The position numbers were made by a program, and so were the translations under genes. Source: a virus. Taken from it: DNA of 44,016 nucleotides. The stretch covers positions 1 to 44,016 of the IMG/VR virus record IMGVR_UViG_3300038393_001495; one strand, 5' to 3'. The notes under the pieces are model-generated. The model did no database searches. It was not told the origin of the DNA and saw nothing but the letters and a program-made list of their open reading frames with translations. Shown here piece by piece: positions 41,677 to 44,016 of this stretch. Position 1 is the stretch's first letter. Each line of letters begins with the position of its first letter.

Positions 41677-42270
41677 TCAGGCCCGCTCCATCCGCTCGTC
41701 GCAGCACGGGCACTTCGGCTCGCCGTAGGCGTCGAGCCACTTCGCCGTCGTGCGAACGATGTAGCCCGTCTCGGGGCACTGGACCTTCAGCATCCGCGTG
41801 CCCTGCTTCGGCTCGCCCGCCTTGCCCGCCGCGGTCACGAGGGCGGCGTGCGGGTAGTCGCCGAGGCGGTCCGCCACGAGGCCCGAGAGCGTCGCCTTCA
41901 GGTCGTCGCCCGCGACGGTCGCCGTCATCGCGCCAGTGAGGCCGATGGCCTTCGCCATCTTCGCGAAGGGGCCCTTGTGCCCGTTCTGGCAGTCATCGAC
42001 CGCGTGGATGAGTTCGTGGGCCAGGACATCGAGCACGCGGGCGGCGTCGTCCAGCACGGGCGAGATGAAGAGGTTCGCCACGCGGTCCTTCGCGGCGCCC
42101 GTGCTCCAGCACTGCCCGATGACGTTGTTCTTCGAGCCGCGGCCCCCGGGCCACCCGACCGAGACGCGGACGGCGGGAAGCGTGATGTCGGCGGGGGCGA
42201 AGACGACCTCGCCGAGCGCCTCGACGGCGGCGACGAGCCACTCCTCGCGGGTCTGGAAGTTCGTGCTCAT
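41677..42270 (-). CDS. SprT-like zinc metalloprotease-domain protein with C-terminal zinc ribbon (197 aa)
   Basis: HELIHAVD (HExxH) and C-terminal CPETGY...CPCC. ATG 42270 behind PE-42.3. Confidence 0.6.
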   Translation of the reverse strand: MSTNFQTREEWLVAAVEALGEVVFAPADITLPAVRVSVGWPGGRGSKNNVIGQCWSTGAAKDRVANLFISPVLDDAARVLDVLAHELIHAVDDCQNGHKGPFAKMAKAIGLTGAMTATVAGDDLKATLSGLVADRLGDYPHAALVTAAGKAGEPKQGTRMLKVQCPETGYIVRTTAKWLDAYGEPKCPCCDERMERA

Positions 42271-42318
42271 GGTGGGCCTCCTCTGGCCTCGTGGCCCGCG
42301 GTTGGGGCCGATGACAGG

Positions 42319-42348
42319 AGTGTAAACGCACCGTGGCACGGTACGCAA
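42319..42348 (-). promoter_or_regulatory. host-type early promoter PE-42.3 (TTGCGT-N18-TACACT)
   Basis: Minus strand: TTGCGT ACCGTGCCACGGTGCGTT TACACT. Confidence 0.6.
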
Positions 42349-42390
42349 ATCGAGAACGGGCGAGCCTCGGAGAGAGGCCCGCCCGCTCGG

Positions 42391-42480
42391 TCAGGAGCGC
42401 CGGAAGATGGCGCGGAGGATGTCGCCGACGAGCACGCCCATGAGGTCGGGCTCGGGCTCCAGGTCGTCGGTCCAGAGCAT
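42391..42480 (-). CDS. small acidic peptide (29 aa)
   Basis: MLWTDDLEPEPDLMGVLVGDILRAIFRRS. TGATG 1-nt overlap with the upstream stop. Below the track cutoff. Confidence 0.35.
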   Translation of the reverse strand: MLWTDDLEPEPDLMGVLVGDILRAIFRRS

Positions 42481-42776
42481 CACGAGGCGACGACCTCGAC
42501 GGCGAAGAGGTCGCGCCGGAGCGTCCGCTCGCGCCCGTCCTCGAAGCGGACCCGCGCATAGCCCGCGCCGGTCGGACGGCACTTCGCGACGATGCGCTCG
42601 CCGGTCGCGTAGTCCGCGAGGAGTTCGACGGGCTGGCCGCGGTAGGTGAGGCGGGTCACGGGAGCCTCCTCGGGCTTCGGGGCGGGGCGGGGGCGGTCGT
42701 ACTCGGCGGGGCGGCGGAAGATGCCCCACGCGATAGCCGCGATGGTGACGAAGACGTAGACGCCGTGAATGCTCAT
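42480..42776 (-). CDS. membrane-anchored hypothetical protein (98 aa)
   Basis: N-terminal MSIHGVYVFVTIAAIAWGIF hydrophobic segment. Conserved RBS cassette upstream. Confidence 0.6.
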   Translation of the reverse strand: MSIHGVYVFVTIAAIAWGIFRRPAEYDRPRPAPKPEEAPVTRLTYRGQPVELLADYATGERIVAKCRPTGAGYARVRFEDGRERTLRRDLFAVEVVAS

Positions 42777-42866
42777 TGGTGGCCTCCTCTGGCCTAGGTG
42801 TAAACGGGTAGTGGCTCACTCCGAGGGTGGAAGGGAGGGGCCCCGGATGGAGCCCCTCCCGCAAGG

Positions 42867-43139
42867 TCAGCGGCGGCGCTTGCGCGCGTCCGCGTCCGTC
42901 CAGGGCTTGCCCGAGCGGAGGAGCACGGTCACGAGGACCGGGCGACCCTTGCGGCGGGCCACGACGTAGGCGATGCCGCCGCGCACGTAGCGGAGCCCGT
43001 CCTCCGAGGGCTCGATGACCTCGGGCGCGAGGAGCGCCTTCGCGAAGTCCTCCGGCGTCACGTCGCGGCGGGCCATCTTCTCCTCGGCGTGCGCCGAGAT
43101 GGTGACGAAGCGGAGTTCGTCGCGCTCGATGGGGTTCAT
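42867..43139 (-). CDS. DUF4258-like (BrnT-type toxin fold) protein (90 aa)
   Basis: ISAHAEEKMARRDVTPEDF...GGIAYVVARRKGRPVLVTVL resembles the H-A-x-x-R-M-x-x-R-x-(I/V) signature. ATG 43139 behind PE-43.2. Confidence 0.45.
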   Translation of the reverse strand: MNPIERDELRFVTISAHAEEKMARRDVTPEDFAKALLAPEVIEPSEDGLRYVRGGIAYVVARRKGRPVLVTVLLRSGKPWTDADARKRRR

Positions 43140-43186
43140 GTGGGGCCTCCTCTGGCCTCGGCGCCGTGGTTCGGCGCGGTAGGACG

Positions 43187-43216
43187 AGTGTAAACGCGCC
43201 GTGGCACGGCGCGCAA
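43187..43216 (-). promoter_or_regulatory. host-type early promoter PE-43.2 (TTGCGC-N18-TACACT) with perfect 17-bp palindrome in the spacer
   Basis: Minus strand: TTGCGC GCCGTGCCACGGCGCGTT TACACT. Palindrome gcgccgtg-g-cacggcgc at 43196-43212. Confidence 0.65.
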
Positions 43217-43298
43217 CTCGCGACACGCAAAGGCCCCCGCCGCCCTCGGGAAGTGAGGACGACGGGGGCCAGTAGTGAAGGATGCGGCGGAACCTTTC

Positions 43299-43565
43299 CT
43301 AGGCGAGGCGCCGACGACGGTCGCGCACGGCGACGAGGGCGCCCGCGGCGAACACGCACGCGAGGCCCGCGCCGCCCATGAGCGCGAGGGCGAGCGTCCG
43401 CGTCGAGCGGAGCGCGCTCGTGCATCCGACCGCCCACTCTCCCGGCATGAGCGCCGAGCCGCACGAGGCGGACCCGGACGACACGGGCAGGAAGCCGACG
43501 ACGAGCCCCACGAGGAGGAGCACGAAGGCGACGGCGACGGCGACGATGGGCGTTCGGCGAGACAT
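43299..43565 (-). CDS. membrane protein, two hydrophobic segments (88 aa)
   Basis: IVAVAVAFVLLLVGLVVGFL and LALALMGGAGLACVFAAGALVAV. Confidence 0.6.
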   Translation of the reverse strand: MSRRTPIVAVAVAFVLLLVGLVVGFLPVSSGSASCGSALMPGEWAVGCTSALRSTRTLALALMGGAGLACVFAAGALVAVRDRRRRLA

Positions 43566-43583
43566 GGCACGGAGGATAGTCGG

Positions 43584-43787
43584 TCAGGCGCCGAGGAGGG
43601 CCACCTCCACGCGCCGAGCCCCGCCGACGACCTCCGGGCCCCGGTCGGTCTGCCACGTGATGCGGCCCGCCTCCGGCGTCGCGAAGGCGACGGACTGGAC
43701 CTCGACCTCGTACGCCTCGCCGCCCTCGTCCGTGAGCCGCACGCGGTCGCCCTTGCGGATGCACGCGGCGGGCAGGAGGCGGCTCAT
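43584..43787 (-). CDS. hypothetical protein (67 aa)
   Basis: ATGA overlap with the upstream gene at 43784-43787. Confidence 0.55.
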   Translation of the reverse strand: MSRLLPAACIRKGDRVRLTDEGGEAYEVEVQSVAFATPEAGRITWQTDRGPEVVGGARRVEVALLGA

Positions 43788-43978
43788 CGCTCGATCCCGA
43801 GGGCCAGGGCGAACTCGGAGGCGACGCCCCGGAGGGCGTACGCGACGCGCCGGTCCGCGAGTGCCTCGATGCGGTAGCCGTCGCTCACGTCGGCGAGGAG
43901 CCCCGAGGAGCGGGCGTCGGCGTCGTGCCGGTCGGCCTGCGTGTTCAGGGCGTCGATGATGGCCTCCACGGGGGTCAT
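43784..43978 (-). CDS. hypothetical protein (64 aa), spans the circular junction repeat
   Basis: ATG 43978 corresponds to position 89 of the window. ATGA overlap with the stop of gene 86..439 when the circle is closed. Confidence 0.55.
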   Translation of the reverse strand: MTPVEAIIDALNTQADRHDADARSSGLLADVSDGYRIEALADRRVAYALRGVASEFALALGIER

Positions 43979-44016
43979 CGGGTCAGCCCCACGACGACGA
44001 CGTTCCCGCTCTGCGG
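43890..44016. repeat. Terminal direct repeat copy 2 (identical to 1..127)
   Basis: See copy 1. Confidence 0.95.

Noticed and set aside
42797-42830. Possible sixth early promoter upstream of gene 42480..42776 (GTTTACACC plus the RBS cassette).
   Set aside because: The -10-like TACACC and the 9-mer are present, but no TTGNNN -35 lies at 17-18 nt and the spacer palindrome is missing. Kept only as a copy of the dispersed motif.
1-44016. Searches by eye for CRISPR arrays, reverse transcriptase/DGR repeats, inteins in the large enzymes, transposases and rRNA.
   Set aside because: No regularly spaced short repeats and no RT or transposase motifs were seen. The RNR, polymerase, primase and terminase gene lengths and motif order are uninterrupted.

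Overview
The window is a complete, circularly closed genome of about 43.9 kb: bases 1-127 are identical to 43890-44016. It looks like a temperate siphovirus-type phage of a high-GC actinobacterium, with Streptomyces-like codon usage. GC content is about 70% by eye and was not computed.

Every convincing gene except one (40528..40728, +) lies on the minus strand, and many genes are chained by ATGA/GTGA start-stop overlaps. Reading along the minus strand, the modules are:
- A putative cos region (33940-34284), flanked upstream by HNH genes.
- Packaging and head genes: terS, terL, portal, MuF-like protein, scaffold, major capsid.
- Head-tail connectors, major tail protein, chaperones, tape measure, three large minor-tail/fibre proteins.
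- A lysis cassette.
- Nucleotide and replication genes: dNMP kinase, class II RNR, PD-(D/E)XK exonuclease, a free-standing LAGLIDADG endonuclease, primase-helicase, family A DNA polymerase.
- A phage sigma factor.
- About a dozen small early genes.
- A convergent terminator, a divergent switch region, then a membrane protein plus a large serine integrase.
- A Cys-containing gene, a 571-aa tandem-repeat protein, a Zn-ribbon protein and a tRNA-Trp-like gene, returning to cos.

The most unusual content is regulatory and non-coding:
1. Eight copies of a phage-specific promoter-like box (GTGAGCAGC-N9/10-CTGGCGGATTCCTC) punctuate the middle and late units.
2. Five nearly identical host-type promoters (TTGCGC-N18-TACACT) carry a palindromic operator in the spacer.
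3. A 9-mer, GCGTTTACAC-like, is dispersed about 24 times around the genome. Inside genes it is accommodated by rare Val codons.
4. Two 108-bp AT-rich palindromic elements sit at the 3' ends of the late operon and of the integrase operon.

No classical HTH repressor or recombination directionality factor (RDF) is recognisable.

The long plus-strand ORFs in the supplied track are antisense shadow frames of a GC-rich genome. All calls come from reading the sequence and motif recognition. No database search was run, and hairpin or motif coordinates may be off by a few nucleotides.
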